From contig CBDCTZ010000016.1 in NCBI GenBank assembly GCA_965222375.1, forward strand, positions 1,568,001-1,632,000: a DNA stretch of 64,000 bases, written 5' to 3'. The notes beneath the pieces are model-generated. The model saw only the letters and a program-made list of their open reading frames with translations, did no database searches and was not told the DNA's origin. Within the stretch, counting starts at the first letter, position 1; each line of letters opens with the position of its first letter. This document shows positions 50,703-60,422 of this stretch, in pieces. Made by a program: the position numbers and the translations under genes. The stretch comes from Polyangiaceae bacterium. Its GTDB lineage: Bacteria; Myxococcota_A; Polyangia; Polyangiales; Polyangiaceae.

Positions 50703-51728
50703 TCAGTCTTCCGTCGTACTGCCGCCGATACCGAGCGTGACGCCCGCGTAGATGACGTCGGCATTCCGGATTGCCGAGCCGCCGCGTAGCTGGACTTCGC
50801 CGCGAGCGTAGCGGCCGTCCGCGCACAGCGCGACGGGCACCTCCGGGGACTCGAGTTCGCCACTGAGGCACAGCATGCCCTCGACGAGATCGACCGGGGA
50901 ACTCGGTTCGTCCTTCTGTCCGTCGATACGAACCCAGCTTGCACCCAGCTCGAAGTGTTCCCGCCCGTAGTTCAAGAATGCGCCGTAGACGATGGAAGAG
51001 CCCAGAGCGCGGCGGAAGCCCCCAGCGTTGTGACGACCCGCAACGCCCGCACCCGCGCGCGCGCCAAGCTCGAAGCCGTGCTCCGAGTTCATGTGCTGGT
51101 AGCCCAACTGCGCGTCCGGCAGCATGATCAACGATTGGTAGAAGACATCGTTGCCCAGCATCTCCCCGCGCGCACCCGCGCGCAGGAACGCACCATGGCG
51201 GCCGGACAAGTAGGCCTGCAACCCGAAGGCGGCTTCCCCACGGAGCTGGCCCTCGAACCCGCCAGTGCCACCGCCGATGTCGCCGGCAGCGAACGCACGG
51301 TAGGAAAGCGCGTCTGAAGAGCCGAAGATCAGGCTGCGGTTGGCCAACAGAAAGCCGATCCCCGAATCGCTTTCGTCGCCGACAGAAGCGCGACTCAATG
51401 CGCCCCGAAGGGTGATCAACTCGAAGCCATGCATCCCGCCGCGATCTCCGTAGTCGTCGTCGTCCTCGTCGTAGGGCACTTCAGGGTCGCCTTCCACGAT
51501 CGTCTCTTCGTCGTCTTCCGTCGGCTCCGGCGTCGTGGCGTTCGGCGGGGGACCGTCGGTTGGGGGCGCTCCCGTGGGGTCGGCGGGCTCTCCTGTTGCG
51601 AGTTCGAGGGGCGCCCTGTCTGCGGGCTGAGGAGCTGGCGGTGGAGGTTCCGGCTGACCCTGTGCGTGCGCTTGCGCCACACCGAGAAACAGAACGAGGA
51701 ATGTGGAGAGCGTTGTTGCGAGGCGCAT
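50703..51728 (-). CDS. Secreted protein, probable outer-membrane beta-barrel
   Basis: AQAHA signal, Pro/acidic linker, alternating amphipathic strands ending YAGVTLGIG. Confidence 0.75.
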   Translation of the reverse strand: MRLATTLSTFLVLFLGVAQAHAQGQPEPPPPAPQPADRAPLELATGEPADPTGAPPTDGPPPNATTPEPTEDDEETIVEGDPEVPYDEDDDDYGDRGGMHGFELITLRGALSRASVGDESDSGIGFLLANRSLIFGSSDALSYRAFAAGDIGGGTGGFEGQLRGEAAFGLQAYLSGRHGAFLRAGARGEMLGNDVFYQSLIMLPDAQLGYQHMNSEHGFELGARAGAGVAGRHNAGGFRRALGSSIVYGAFLNYGREHFELGASWVRIDGQKDEPSSPVDLVEGMLCLSGELESPEVPVALCADGRYARGEVQLRGGSAIRNADVIYAGVTLGIGGSTTED

Positions 51729-51907
51729 ATCGTTTCCTACGCCAGCTAGAGCGCGCAGGTCCGGTCGACCTTAGCACCAAGTGGCAACGCAGAGCGCGAA
51801 CAAGTCACGTGACTGTGAGCGAGTCCGTCGCGCTTTGCCACCCCCACGTGCGCTCCGCTCCGGCCCCGTGAGTTGACGCGTAGCGAGCCACTAACTACGC
51901 CGTCGAC

Positions 51908-52165
51908 ATGGCGACGATTGTTCTCCACCGTGTTCTCCAAAAGCGCTACATTCTCCTTGGCACCGGTTACGCGGCCGCTGCAAGCGAAATTGCGCCACCC
52001 GATTGGTATCAAGCACAGTCGGTCAGAAAGCGAGAAAGATTTGGAGGGGTCTGTCTGTGTGATGAAGAAGGCAGACTTCACTGGGCTCGCGACGAAGACG
52101 TCGAAGTTGTTACGGTGGACAGCCGCTCGCCGAAGTCGCTGCTCGATCCCGAAACGTACCGCTGA
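51908..52165 (+). CDS. Small conserved-looking hypothetical protein
   Basis: MATIVLH...RYILLGTGY...VCLCDEEGRLHW...EVVTVD; fills the intergenic gap. Confidence 0.7.
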   Translation: MATIVLHRVLQKRYILLGTGYAAAASEIAPPDWYQAQSVRKRERFGGVCLCDEEGRLHWARDEDVEVVTVDSRSPKSLLDPETYR

Positions 52166-52199
52166 CCGAGCCAACGCGTGCCGTTCGGGCTCGCGCCCG

Positions 52200-53405
52200 C
52201 TAGCGTAGCAGCCCCAGTTCGCCCTTCGCGGAGTAGTCGCCGATAGCGCCCCGCACATTCGAAAGTCCGAGCTGCTTCTTCAACACTTCTGTGAAGACGT
52301 CGCGGAAGTCCGTCGTGACCGCCAAATCCCGTCCCTGGTAGCGCTGCTCCGGCGCGAGACCGGGCCACCGCCCATGCACCTTCTTGCCATTGACGTTGCC
52401 GCCCATGGCGATCATCACGCTACCGTGGCCATGGTCCGTACCGGCGGTGCCATTTTCTTTCACGGTGCGGCCGAACTCCGTCATGACCAACACCAAGGTG
52501 TGCTCCATACGGTCGCCGATGTCTTCGCGGAAAGCCGCGAGCCCGCGGCCCAGGTGATCCAGGTTCCGCCGCAGTCGGCCGGCTTGGCCTTGGTGGGTGT
52601 CCCAACCGCCAGCGTCGACCCAAGCGACCTCCAAGCCAACGTCGGCGCGTATCAACTGGGCGACGTCTGACAGGCCTCGGGCTTGCGCCGGATACTGCGC
52701 CTCGCCCTTCTCGGTCTCCAAGGCGCGCAGCCGCTTGGCGACGGCAAGGGCGCTGTGACCGGCCCGCGCAACACCGTCCGACTCCAACGCATACAGCTTC
52801 TCGAAGGCCGACTCGAGTCGACCCCGCACTCTGCGTGGAGCCTGCAGACCCACTTGGTCCAGGCGACGCGCGGCGACGACGTTCGGCGCGCCCCGCAGCG
52901 CGAGCGGCGTGGTCTTCGCCAGGGCGACATGGCTCAGGTTCGATGCGGGCGCAGCACGCCCCGCCTGGGCTCGAGCTAGCCAGCCGCCCCTCGAGTTCCG
53001 GTCGAAGCCACCCCACTCGAAGTGATCTTGGGCCTCGAAGTGGGAACGCGTCGGATGAGGTGAGCCTACGGCGTGCACGAAGGCGAGCTGCCCCGCCTGC
53101 CAAGCCGGCATCAGCGGTGCCAGAGCGGGGTGCAGGCCAAATTGGTCGTCGAGCTTGCGGGCAGACTTGTCGCCCTTGCCCGGCGCCGGGATCGCGGTCT
53201 GTTTGCGCGCCGCATAGTAGGCGTCTTCGGCGTAGGGCACGACGGCACTGAGTCCGTCCATGCCGCCGCGCAAGAACACGCACACGAGTGTCTTCTTGGT
53301 GCTACCGCCCGGGGCCGCAAAGGCCATGCGCGGCGCCAGCAGCGCTGCGGGCGCAAGACCGGCGGCGAATAGGAGATGGCGTCGCGACATACGGAACTGA
53401 CTCAT
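52200..53405 (-). CDS. DUF1501 family protein (Tat-like signal)
   Basis: SRRHLL; VFLRGGMDGLS, RSHFEAQ, GGWDTH, TEFGRT..ENG..GTDHG. Confidence 0.92.
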   Translation of the reverse strand: MSQFRMSRRHLLFAAGLAPAALLAPRMAFAAPGGSTKKTLVCVFLRGGMDGLSAVVPYAEDAYYAARKQTAIPAPGKGDKSARKLDDQFGLHPALAPLMPAWQAGQLAFVHAVGSPHPTRSHFEAQDHFEWGGFDRNSRGGWLARAQAGRAAPASNLSHVALAKTTPLALRGAPNVVAARRLDQVGLQAPRRVRGRLESAFEKLYALESDGVARAGHSALAVAKRLRALETEKGEAQYPAQARGLSDVAQLIRADVGLEVAWVDAGGWDTHQGQAGRLRRNLDHLGRGLAAFREDIGDRMEHTLVLVMTEFGRTVKENGTAGTDHGHGSVMIAMGGNVNGKKVHGRWPGLAPEQRYQGRDLAVTTDFRDVFTEVLKKQLGLSNVRGAIGDYSAKGELGLLR

Positions 53406-53412
53406 GACATCC

Positions 53413-54966
53413 TCACTGACGCTGAAAGTTGGGGCTGCCCAAGAGCAGGGCGAGGGCGAGCGCGCGGCGTTGTTTCGGGGCGTCGACTCGGGACACTTCC
53501 GCGGCAATTGCCGCCCGCGCCTTGTCTGGCAACTGCCCGTCGAATACGAGCTTCTCTGCGCGCTCGCTGACACTTGCCGAGGGCTCGAGGGGCAGCACGC
53601 TCTCTAGGTCGACATCTACGCCAAGCTTGCGACCGGTTGCGAGCGCCGTCGCCAGGCTCATGCGGCCGAGCATCGCGCTACTGCCGAGCCAGGCTTCCTG
53701 CACTTCCGGATGCCCCGTCGGCGCGGATTCCAGCATGGCCGGCTCTCCCAGTCGCCCGAGGATCCGCGCCAATCGCAGCGTGCCGTCGGGTCGTGCATCC
53801 AAGGTACGCAAACTGCTTGCGACTACCTCGAGGGGGCTCTTCAGCTTGCTGTCACGCGAGGCCGCCGCCCAGAACGCTTCGTGCTTCACGATGGCGCGCA
53901 GGAGCTGCTTGATGTCGCCCTGGGATGCCGTGAAGGCTTTGGCGCCCGCTTGCACCACACTCTTGGGCGGTGTGTCCGACACCAAACGCTGACACAGTTT
54001 GTGAGAAAGGTGCTTGGCGGTCGCCGGGTGCAACGCCAGTAGTTCGAGCAGCTTCATTCCCTCCGCCTCGCCCCCGCCGGCCGGGAAATCGACTCCCAGA
54101 ACCCGCTTGGCGTCTTTGTCGTGAGCGCGAGCGCGATACTTGAATGCAAGCTCGCCGTCCCGGGGTCGGCTGACGCTCCATCCCGTCAGTATGCGAGCGA
54201 CATTGACGACGTCTGCCTGGGTGTAGCCGCCGTGAACACCGAGGGTGTGCAACTCCAGCAGCTCTCGAGCGTAGTTCTCGTTCAAGCCTCTGCGGCCGCG
54301 CTTCCTCTTCGCGACGCTGCGCGCGTTGTCCAGGTAGATCAGCATGGCGGGGTGGCGCGCCGTTGCCATCAGTATGTCTTTGAACCGCCCTAAAGCATGG
54401 GGACGGATCGCGCGTTCGACGTAGTCGCCAGCGAAGACCCTCACCGCCCCTTTGCGCGCGAACACGTTGAAGTGATTGGTCCAGAAGTCGACCATCACTT
54501 CCTGGAGCTGGTATTCGGAAAGTACGTGGCGCGTCAGTTTGGCCAGCGCGATCTGTCCCAAATGCTGACGCAAGTTCCTGCCCTTCAGCATCTTGCGCAG
54601 CTGCTTCGGAGACATCGCCATCAGGTCGTCGCCGGTCATTTCGGCGACCAAGTCGTTCGGAGGCAGCAGTGCTGAGCGGTATGGCGCCAGGGCTTGCACG
54701 ACCGCATCCGTGTCCTTGGCTGGCGCGTTCAGCTGGCTCTGGAGCCAGGCGTCGATGCCCTGTGCGGCCAAAGCGGCTGCCTGACCAGGCCTTGGACCAA
54801 AGCTCAGCCGATTCAGCGCGTGTCGTGCGTCCCTCGCGTTGAGGGGCTTGTTGGCGGCTGTCGCTTCAGGCGCCGCCGACTTGGGCGTTTTCTGCGAGTG
54901 GTTGGAGGATTTGGGAGTGCAGGCCTGTGCTGCAAGCAGCGCCGCCGGAAGCCATCGCGCGGTCAT
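53413..54966 (-). CDS. DUF1800 family protein
   Basis: HALNRLSFG, FWTNHFNV, PAMLIYLDN, NENYARELLELHTLG. Confidence 0.93.
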   Translation of the reverse strand: MTARWLPAALLAAQACTPKSSNHSQKTPKSAAPEATAANKPLNARDARHALNRLSFGPRPGQAAALAAQGIDAWLQSQLNAPAKDTDAVVQALAPYRSALLPPNDLVAEMTGDDLMAMSPKQLRKMLKGRNLRQHLGQIALAKLTRHVLSEYQLQEVMVDFWTNHFNVFARKGAVRVFAGDYVERAIRPHALGRFKDILMATARHPAMLIYLDNARSVAKRKRGRRGLNENYARELLELHTLGVHGGYTQADVVNVARILTGWSVSRPRDGELAFKYRARAHDKDAKRVLGVDFPAGGGEAEGMKLLELLALHPATAKHLSHKLCQRLVSDTPPKSVVQAGAKAFTASQGDIKQLLRAIVKHEAFWAAASRDSKLKSPLEVVASSLRTLDARPDGTLRLARILGRLGEPAMLESAPTGHPEVQEAWLGSSAMLGRMSLATALATGRKLGVDVDLESVLPLEPSASVSERAEKLVFDGQLPDKARAAIAAEVSRVDAPKQRRALALALLLGSPNFQRQ

Positions 54967-55045
54967 GATGGGGAAAACGCCGGTCGAGGGCCTTGCGTTA
55001 AAGGAAGTTTTTGGAGTGGGCGGGCGTGTGGCCTAGCGTCCGGGC

Positions 55046-55249
55046 ATGGGATGGGCTCGAGGCTGCGCGTTGTTATTGGCCTTGGGCCTGCTGTTGGCTG
55101 CGTGTGGGCCGCCCGTGTCGGCCCGGGACACCCGCTGCTTCAATGCTTGCGCGGAGCAGAAGGACGCCTGCTTGCTGCATGCCTCGACGGCGGCTGCAGT
55201 TCGCGACTGCGACCAGCAGGGAGACGCATGCGGTCGACAATGCCACTGA
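55046..55249 (+). CDS. Small Cys-rich lipoprotein
   Basis: LLLAAC lipobox; TAGCGT 6 nt upstream. Confidence 0.7.
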   Translation: MGWARGCALLLALGLLLAACGPPVSARDTRCFNACAEQKDACLLHASTAAAVRDCDQQGDACGRQCH

Positions 55250-55875
55250 AGGCGACTGTCGTTGCCCTCATCGTGCTATTCGCTGCGGCCGTGGGCGGCT
55301 GTGTGCGCCGCTACAAGCCGCCCACGGCGAACCAGCCGCATGCGATCCTCAAGATCCGACGCAGCTACCAGGAGCAGCCGGGCGAGAAGCTCAAGGAACG
55401 TGCGACCCTCAACGAGCACCTAGTGTTCAACTCCGAGGTGGCTTCTCAGCTCGGAGCGGCACCCCGAACGGACGCCGTCCTCGTTCATCCAGAGCTCACT
55501 ACGCTGACCCTCGCCACGTCATTCGGCCACCTCGAGATGCGGCTCGTGCAGGAGAGCTACACCGAGCAGGAGCCCTATCAAGACACGGAGAGCTACAACT
55601 GCGGAGACGTGACGAGCTATCGCACGTGCACTCGCCCGGTCACGCGTTACCGCACCGTCTACAAGACGCGGATGGTCAACAAGGCGGTGTGGGTTTCCGA
55701 TGGCGACTGCTCGACGAAGGTTCGCCTCGCGCCTCGAGTGGGCAAGACCTATTTGGTGCAATACGACTATCGCAAAGGCGGCGTGTGTTCGGCGTCATGC
55801 TTTGAGCAGGTGTCGCAACCCGACGGTTCTTTCAAGAACGCGCAATGCCCCGCGCCGCCGCTGGCAACGCGCTGA
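55240..55875 (+). CDS. Lipoprotein
   Basis: MPLKATVVALIVLFAAAVGGC; GGGAG upstream; overlaps the previous gene's end. Confidence 0.8.
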   Translation: MPLKATVVALIVLFAAAVGGCVRRYKPPTANQPHAILKIRRSYQEQPGEKLKERATLNEHLVFNSEVASQLGAAPRTDAVLVHPELTTLTLATSFGHLEMRLVQESYTEQEPYQDTESYNCGDVTSYRTCTRPVTRYRTVYKTRMVNKAVWVSDGDCSTKVRLAPRVGKTYLVQYDYRKGGVCSASCFEQVSQPDGSFKNAQCPAPPLATR

Positions 55876-55895
55876 GGTGGACCCATCACAAAAGA

Positions 55896-55935
55896 CCGAG
55901 GGCGCCCGTGAGAGCGCCCTTGGCCGTTTGGTTTG
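55896..55935 (+). terminator. Putative intrinsic terminator
   Basis: CCGAGGGCGC-N8-GCGCCCTTGG hairpin, with an A-run before and T-rich sequence after. Confidence 0.5.
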
Positions 55936-55983
55936 CCGCGCTGCCTCCGCAGCGGGGCATCAAGTTTGTGTGCCGTCCCCAAC

Positions 55984-56020
55984 GACCTACAAACGAATAC
56001 AATGTATTCTAATGTAGGTC
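55984..56020. promoter_or_regulatory. 37-bp AT-rich nested palindrome
   Basis: GACCTACA-AAC-GAATACA-A-TGTATTC-TAA-TGTAGGTC. Confidence 0.5.
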
Positions 56021-56115
56021 AATGGGCGTACCTGCTTGAAATTACGCAAGAATTCGAGCTACGCTCAACAATTCCATTCCAGCTCCAATCCCCTTGGATC
56101 TCGGCCTGTGTGAGC

Positions 56116-56160
56116 TTGGGTTGGGGTCGGTTCGGGTTGCGTCTGCGGGCCACTACTCCC
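56116..56160 (-). repeat. Dispersed bipartite motif, copy F
   Basis: Minus strand GGGAGTAGTG-N21-CGACCCC AACCCAA. Confidence 0.85.
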
Positions 56161-56229
56161 GCCCCGGGCCACGGGTGGCGGCTCCCAAGCGCGGGCGCCC
56201 GTTCGGACTGCCCCGTGTAGGCTGGGCGC

Positions 56230-56925
56230 ATGAGCCGTCGTGGCAACGCCGCAAGTCGCTGCGTGCGCTGCCGCATGCACCTGAGCCTGTGCGTGTGCGC
56301 GCTCATCCCCACGCTGACGACTCGGACTCGCCTGGTCCTCGTGATGCACCGCTACGAGGACCGGAAGTCGACCAATACCGGTCGACTTGCCGCGGCCGCG
56401 CTACCGAACAGCCAGATCCTGGTGCGGGGCCGAGAGGGCCAGCCTGTGGACGACGTCGTCTGGGGAGCGGACCGGCAGCCGATGCTGCTTTTCCCACACG
56501 CTGACGCAGTGCCCCTCGCGTCGGAGGTCGAAACCGCGCAAGATGAACGGCCGGTGACTTTGGTCGTGCCCGACGGTAACTGGCGACAGGCGTCGAAAGT
56601 CCGGCGGCGTGTCGTCGGACTAGGCGACGTGCCCTGCGTCTCGCTACCGAGAGGAGAGCCTTCCAGCTACCGTTTGCGTCTGGAGGCCCATCCGTCCGGG
56701 CTTGCTACCCTGGAAGCCATCGCGCGGGCGCTCCGCGTCTTGGAAGGCGAATCCGGGCCAGCCATCGAGGGGGCGTTGCTCGAGCTGTTTCGCGCCATGG
56801 TCGACCGCACGCTATGGTCGCGCGGCGTCATCGATGCCCGCGACGTGGTTGGTGGCGTGCCGTCAGGAGCGCGCCGGGATGTGCCGTACCAGCGCGCCGG
56901 CGCTACTGAGCTCGGTGCAACATGA
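56230..56925 (+). CDS. DTW-domain tRNA-uridine aminocarboxypropyltransferase (TapT/YfiP-like)
   Basis: RCVRC...CVC, HRYE..KSTNTG, LLFP, VPDGNWRQA, YRLR, LATLEA. Confidence 0.92.
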   Translation: MSRRGNAASRCVRCRMHLSLCVCALIPTLTTRTRLVLVMHRYEDRKSTNTGRLAAAALPNSQILVRGREGQPVDDVVWGADRQPMLLFPHADAVPLASEVETAQDERPVTLVVPDGNWRQASKVRRRVVGLGDVPCVSLPRGEPSSYRLRLEAHPSGLATLEAIARALRVLEGESGPAIEGALLELFRAMVDRTLWSRGVIDARDVVGGVPSGARRDVPYQRAGATELGAT

Positions 56926-57488
56926 TGTCGTCAGCCTCAGCCGTTGAAGCAGCGCTACGCGCGGCCATCGACTCTCCTCCGCCGCGATCGGACGCGCAGG
57001 TCAAGAACATCACCGCGCCCGGAATGCGGGGCTACTACGTGCTGCTCGCGTTGATCTGGGGGGTTGTCGTGGCGGTAGCGTTACTGGTCGGGTTGACGTC
57101 GAAGCCCGCGGAGGTTGTCAGCAACATCCTGGTGGGCCTGGCCATGGGCGGGACCATTTTCGGGATTCCGACGGCCCTATTCGTCTGGATCAATCGCAGG
57201 AAAATGCGCGCGTGCGCCCGGAGGGGTGAAGCCCGTGAGGCCGGCGTTAGCAGCATTACGATGCGCGGCCGCCCGGGCCGGCAAATCGCAGAAGCCGCCC
57301 TCCAGCTATCTGTTCCCGGGAACCCGACGCCGATTCAGATCTTCGTATCGGGTGTTCCGCAGTCCATCACGCCCGGAACACGCCTGCGGGTGCTCTATGC
57401 GCCTGACGCGCCGGGCATGGCAGCGGTGTTGATCCCAGGTCTCGGCATCTTGGTCGGAAACGTCGTTGGCGGGCGCGCTGGTTCGTGA
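56922..57488 (+). CDS. Hypothetical 2-TM protein
   Basis: Two hydrophobic helices then a beta-rich domain; ATGA overlap with the DTW gene. Confidence 0.7.
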   Translation: MMSSASAVEAALRAAIDSPPPRSDAQVKNITAPGMRGYYVLLALIWGVVVAVALLVGLTSKPAEVVSNILVGLAMGGTIFGIPTALFVWINRRKMRACARRGEAREAGVSSITMRGRPGRQIAEAALQLSVPGNPTPIQIFVSGVPQSITPGTRLRVLYAPDAPGMAAVLIPGLGILVGNVVGGRAGS

Positions 57489-57540
57489 TTCCCAGGCCTA
57501 GGCCCTTCCGTCTTGAAACGGGCGGCGGTAACACCAAGCC

Positions 57541-59730
57541 GTGACGACGACTCACCGGCCCTCCACCGTTCCGCCCGCCGCTAGCGACCTAGGGGCCGCG
57601 GGTGATCCGGTTCTGGCACAGCTGAGCGAGATGGACCGCGCACAGCTCGCAGCGTACCTGGAAGAGGTCACCTATGCCGCGGACACGGTTGTGCTGAGTG
57701 AGGACGACGACGACCGCGCCATGTATTTCGTGCTCGGCGGAAAAGCAACGATATCGCGCCGAGGACTCGCGGTGGGCGATGTGCGGCGCGGCCAGCATTT
57801 TGGCGAGCTAGCATTGGTGGCTGCCCGGCCTCGCGCTGCGACCATCACCGCACGCACGGAGCTGCGGTTGGCCGTGCTGTCCGACAAGAACTATCAGGCC
57901 TTGGTTCGTGAGCGACCCGAAGTCGCGCTGCGCGTAGTGCAGGCTTTGTTCGACGGGGTTGCGGATCGACTCGTGGACATGACTGATAGTGTCAGCGCAT
58001 TGCTCAAGGAGCGCTCCCTGCCGCGTCGTACCAGTGTGGACGTTTTGGTGGCCGGGGTTCGCAAGCGTGTTCGCACCGGAACGTTGGTGGAGGCTGTGTT
58101 GCCCAGCACCATGGGCGACGACATGGTCGTCGCAGCGCTCGTCGATCGCAAGGCTGTGTCTTTGAGCACGCCACTCACCTCCGATGTCGTCGTCGAAGCT
58201 CTGCCACTGAGCCACCTCGAGGGCCAGCGGGTGTATCGCCGCAGCCAAGCGCTTCTCTTGTTCGAGGCTGCGCGCCGTGTAGATCCGGAGTTTGGCCTCT
58301 ACATGAGCAACTCCGTCGGCTTTGCTCAGCGGGTTCGGCTGCTGAACGAAACCGACGATATGTCGAAGCTGGCGCAAGCGCTGGAGCAGCAGCTGGCCCT
58401 ACTGGTACGAGAAAATCGCTCGCTGAGGGAGGAGCTCTGGACCGTCGACGAAGCGCGGTCGTATTTTGCATCGGCGGGGTGGAGCGACGTAGCGAGCCTG
58501 CTCGACACCTGGCGTGAGCCCGCGGTGCCTCTGGTGTCATATGGCAAGGTCTATACCTTGCGCCTGGGGCCCATGCTGTCCCGGACGGAACTCTTGGGCT
58601 CCAACTTGGCAGTGCTGCCGGACGTTGACGGCTTGTTGATGGTCTACGGCAGGGCCTCGGTTGCGAAAAACGGCGACGCCGTGCAGTCCATTCGTCCGAG
58701 TATTTCCGAGGACCAAGTCCGGCAGGCGCGCGACGTGTCGCGGCAGACCCACGCGATGACTCGAGACCAGGACCGCTGGCTCTCTACGTTGGGCATCACG
58801 AGTATTGGTAGCTTCAACCAGGCTTGCATTCGTGGTGACGTTTCTCAGCTCATTCGTGTGAGCGAGGGGTTTCAGGAGAAGAGCATCGGCCGGATCGCTG
58901 ACGAGATCCAAGCGCGTGGCAGCGACGTACGCGTCATCTGCGTCGCGGGGCCTTCTTCGTCTGGCAAGACCACTTTCATTCGGCGTCTAGCCGTGCAGCT
59001 GCAGGTGAACGGCATCAACCCCGTGGGGCTGAGTCTGGACGACTACTATGTGGATCGCGACGACACTCCCCGCGACCAATACGGTGAATTCGACTACGAG
59101 GCCGTGGACGCGCTACGCATCGACTTGCTGCAGGAGCACTTGGCGCAGCTTTTCGCGGGCAAGTCCGTGAGGACGGCACGCTACGACTTTACCCGCGGCG
59201 CAAGCGAGCCCAGCGGCGGGCCGGAGCTCACTCTGGGCCCGCGCAACCTATTGCTCTTGGAGGGGATCCACGGAATCAACCCCCGGCTGCTCTCACACTT
59301 GCCCGAGGCCAGTGTGTTTCGTGTGTTCGCTTGCCCTTTGGCGCAATTGCCTTTTGATCGGCTGTCACGCGTGCACGCCAGTGACGTGCGGCTGCTGAGG
59401 CGCATCGTGCGGGATCGCTACACGCGCGGCGCAACAGCCGCCATGAATCTGGCGCGATGGGCCAGCGTACGGCGTGGAGAACGAAAACACATCTTCCCGT
59501 ACCAGCACTTCGCCGACGCGGTGTTCGACTCCTCTTTGATCTACGAGCTCAGCGTGCTGAAGGTTTTTGCAGAGCGCTATCTGTTGGAAGTGCCCCAAGA
59601 CGACGCTTCTTACGCCACGGCGTTTCGCCTGCTCGGCTTGCTGGACCGTTTCGTCGCGATCTACCCGGATCATGTTCCGCCGACGTCCATACTGCGCGAG
59701 TTCATCGACGACCGCGGGTATACGCACTGA
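57541..59730 (+). CDS. cNMP-binding domain plus ThrRS-N-terminal-like domain plus uridine/nucleoside kinase
   Basis: GQHFGELAL..RPRAAT; EGQRVYRRS; AGPSSSGKTT, LSLDDYY, LEGIHG, RLLRRIVRD, SILREFI. Confidence 0.9.
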   Translation: MTTTHRPSTVPPAASDLGAAGDPVLAQLSEMDRAQLAAYLEEVTYAADTVVLSEDDDDRAMYFVLGGKATISRRGLAVGDVRRGQHFGELALVAARPRAATITARTELRLAVLSDKNYQALVRERPEVALRVVQALFDGVADRLVDMTDSVSALLKERSLPRRTSVDVLVAGVRKRVRTGTLVEAVLPSTMGDDMVVAALVDRKAVSLSTPLTSDVVVEALPLSHLEGQRVYRRSQALLLFEAARRVDPEFGLYMSNSVGFAQRVRLLNETDDMSKLAQALEQQLALLVRENRSLREELWTVDEARSYFASAGWSDVASLLDTWREPAVPLVSYGKVYTLRLGPMLSRTELLGSNLAVLPDVDGLLMVYGRASVAKNGDAVQSIRPSISEDQVRQARDVSRQTHAMTRDQDRWLSTLGITSIGSFNQACIRGDVSQLIRVSEGFQEKSIGRIADEIQARGSDVRVICVAGPSSSGKTTFIRRLAVQLQVNGINPVGLSLDDYYVDRDDTPRDQYGEFDYEAVDALRIDLLQEHLAQLFAGKSVRTARYDFTRGASEPSGGPELTLGPRNLLLLEGIHGINPRLLSHLPEASVFRVFACPLAQLPFDRLSRVHASDVRLLRRIVRDRYTRGATAAMNLARWASVRRGERKHIFPYQHFADAVFDSSLIYELSVLKVFAERYLLEVPQDDASYATAFRLLGLLDRFVAIYPDHVPPTSILREFIDDRGYTH

Positions 59731-59745
59731 GAGTCTCAGTGTGGC

Positions 59746-60348
59746 TCAATCGTAGGTCAGCTGGTACACAGCCCGGGTGTCCGATGTCGACGCGAGCTGG
59801 CACTGGACGTTCCTACCGCCGACGATTCGAACCATAGCGCGCCACAGCGCAGTGTTGGCCGCGAGGTTGAGACCAAGATGAAGCCGAGGCGGGAAACTGA
59901 GGGTTATCTCGGCCTCCCCGTCACCGATGTCGATATCGAAATCCGTGCCGCGTTGAAACAGGCCGTGAGCCCGCGCGCCGGCCTTTAGCAAGATCCGTGG
60001 CCCCGGAACGCGCAGCAGCGCGCGATACAGAGGATTCTTGGCCATGGCCATGGAGCGGTCGTAGGTCCAGCGCACAACCGCTTCCTCGGTCGTGTAGTGC
60101 CGGTCGCAGACCGCGAAGAAAACGGCGTCAGCGTGCACGGCAGGGATCCAGACACCGGCAGGCTGGGGCGAATGAATCAGTGCCCGCACTGGCGCCGGCA
60201 ATCCCTCCTGCAAGTCGGTCGCGTCGTGCCCCTCCACTGCCGAGTTGGCCAAGCTCGCCTTGGACTCGCAGTCTGCGTACGATTCGAGGCCAGCCGGGAG
60301 TCCGTCGAGATACTCGGCCAGAAGCGGGTAACGGGTCTTGTCGAGCAT
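59746..60348 (-). CDS. Hypothetical myxobacterial protein (YLDGLPAGLESY type)
   Basis: Coherent 200-aa ORF filling the gap, co-oriented with def. Confidence 0.7.
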   Translation of the reverse strand: MLDKTRYPLLAEYLDGLPAGLESYADCESKASLANSAVEGHDATDLQEGLPAPVRALIHSPQPAGVWIPAVHADAVFFAVCDRHYTTEEAVVRWTYDRSMAMAKNPLYRALLRVPGPRILLKAGARAHGLFQRGTDFDIDIGDGEAEITLSFPPRLHLGLNLAANTALWRAMVRIVGGRNVQCQLASTSDTRAVYQLTYD

Positions 60349-60422
60349 CTGGCTTCGAACTTCAGGATAGCGCGAAGCTCGGCTCAGGCGCGAGGCTTGC
60401 GCATCGACCTCGTGGAATTCGC

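Noticed and set aside
55984..56020. Chromosomal dif site
   Set aside because: TAATGTA resembles part of a XerD arm, but the other arm and the 11-6-11 layout do not fit.
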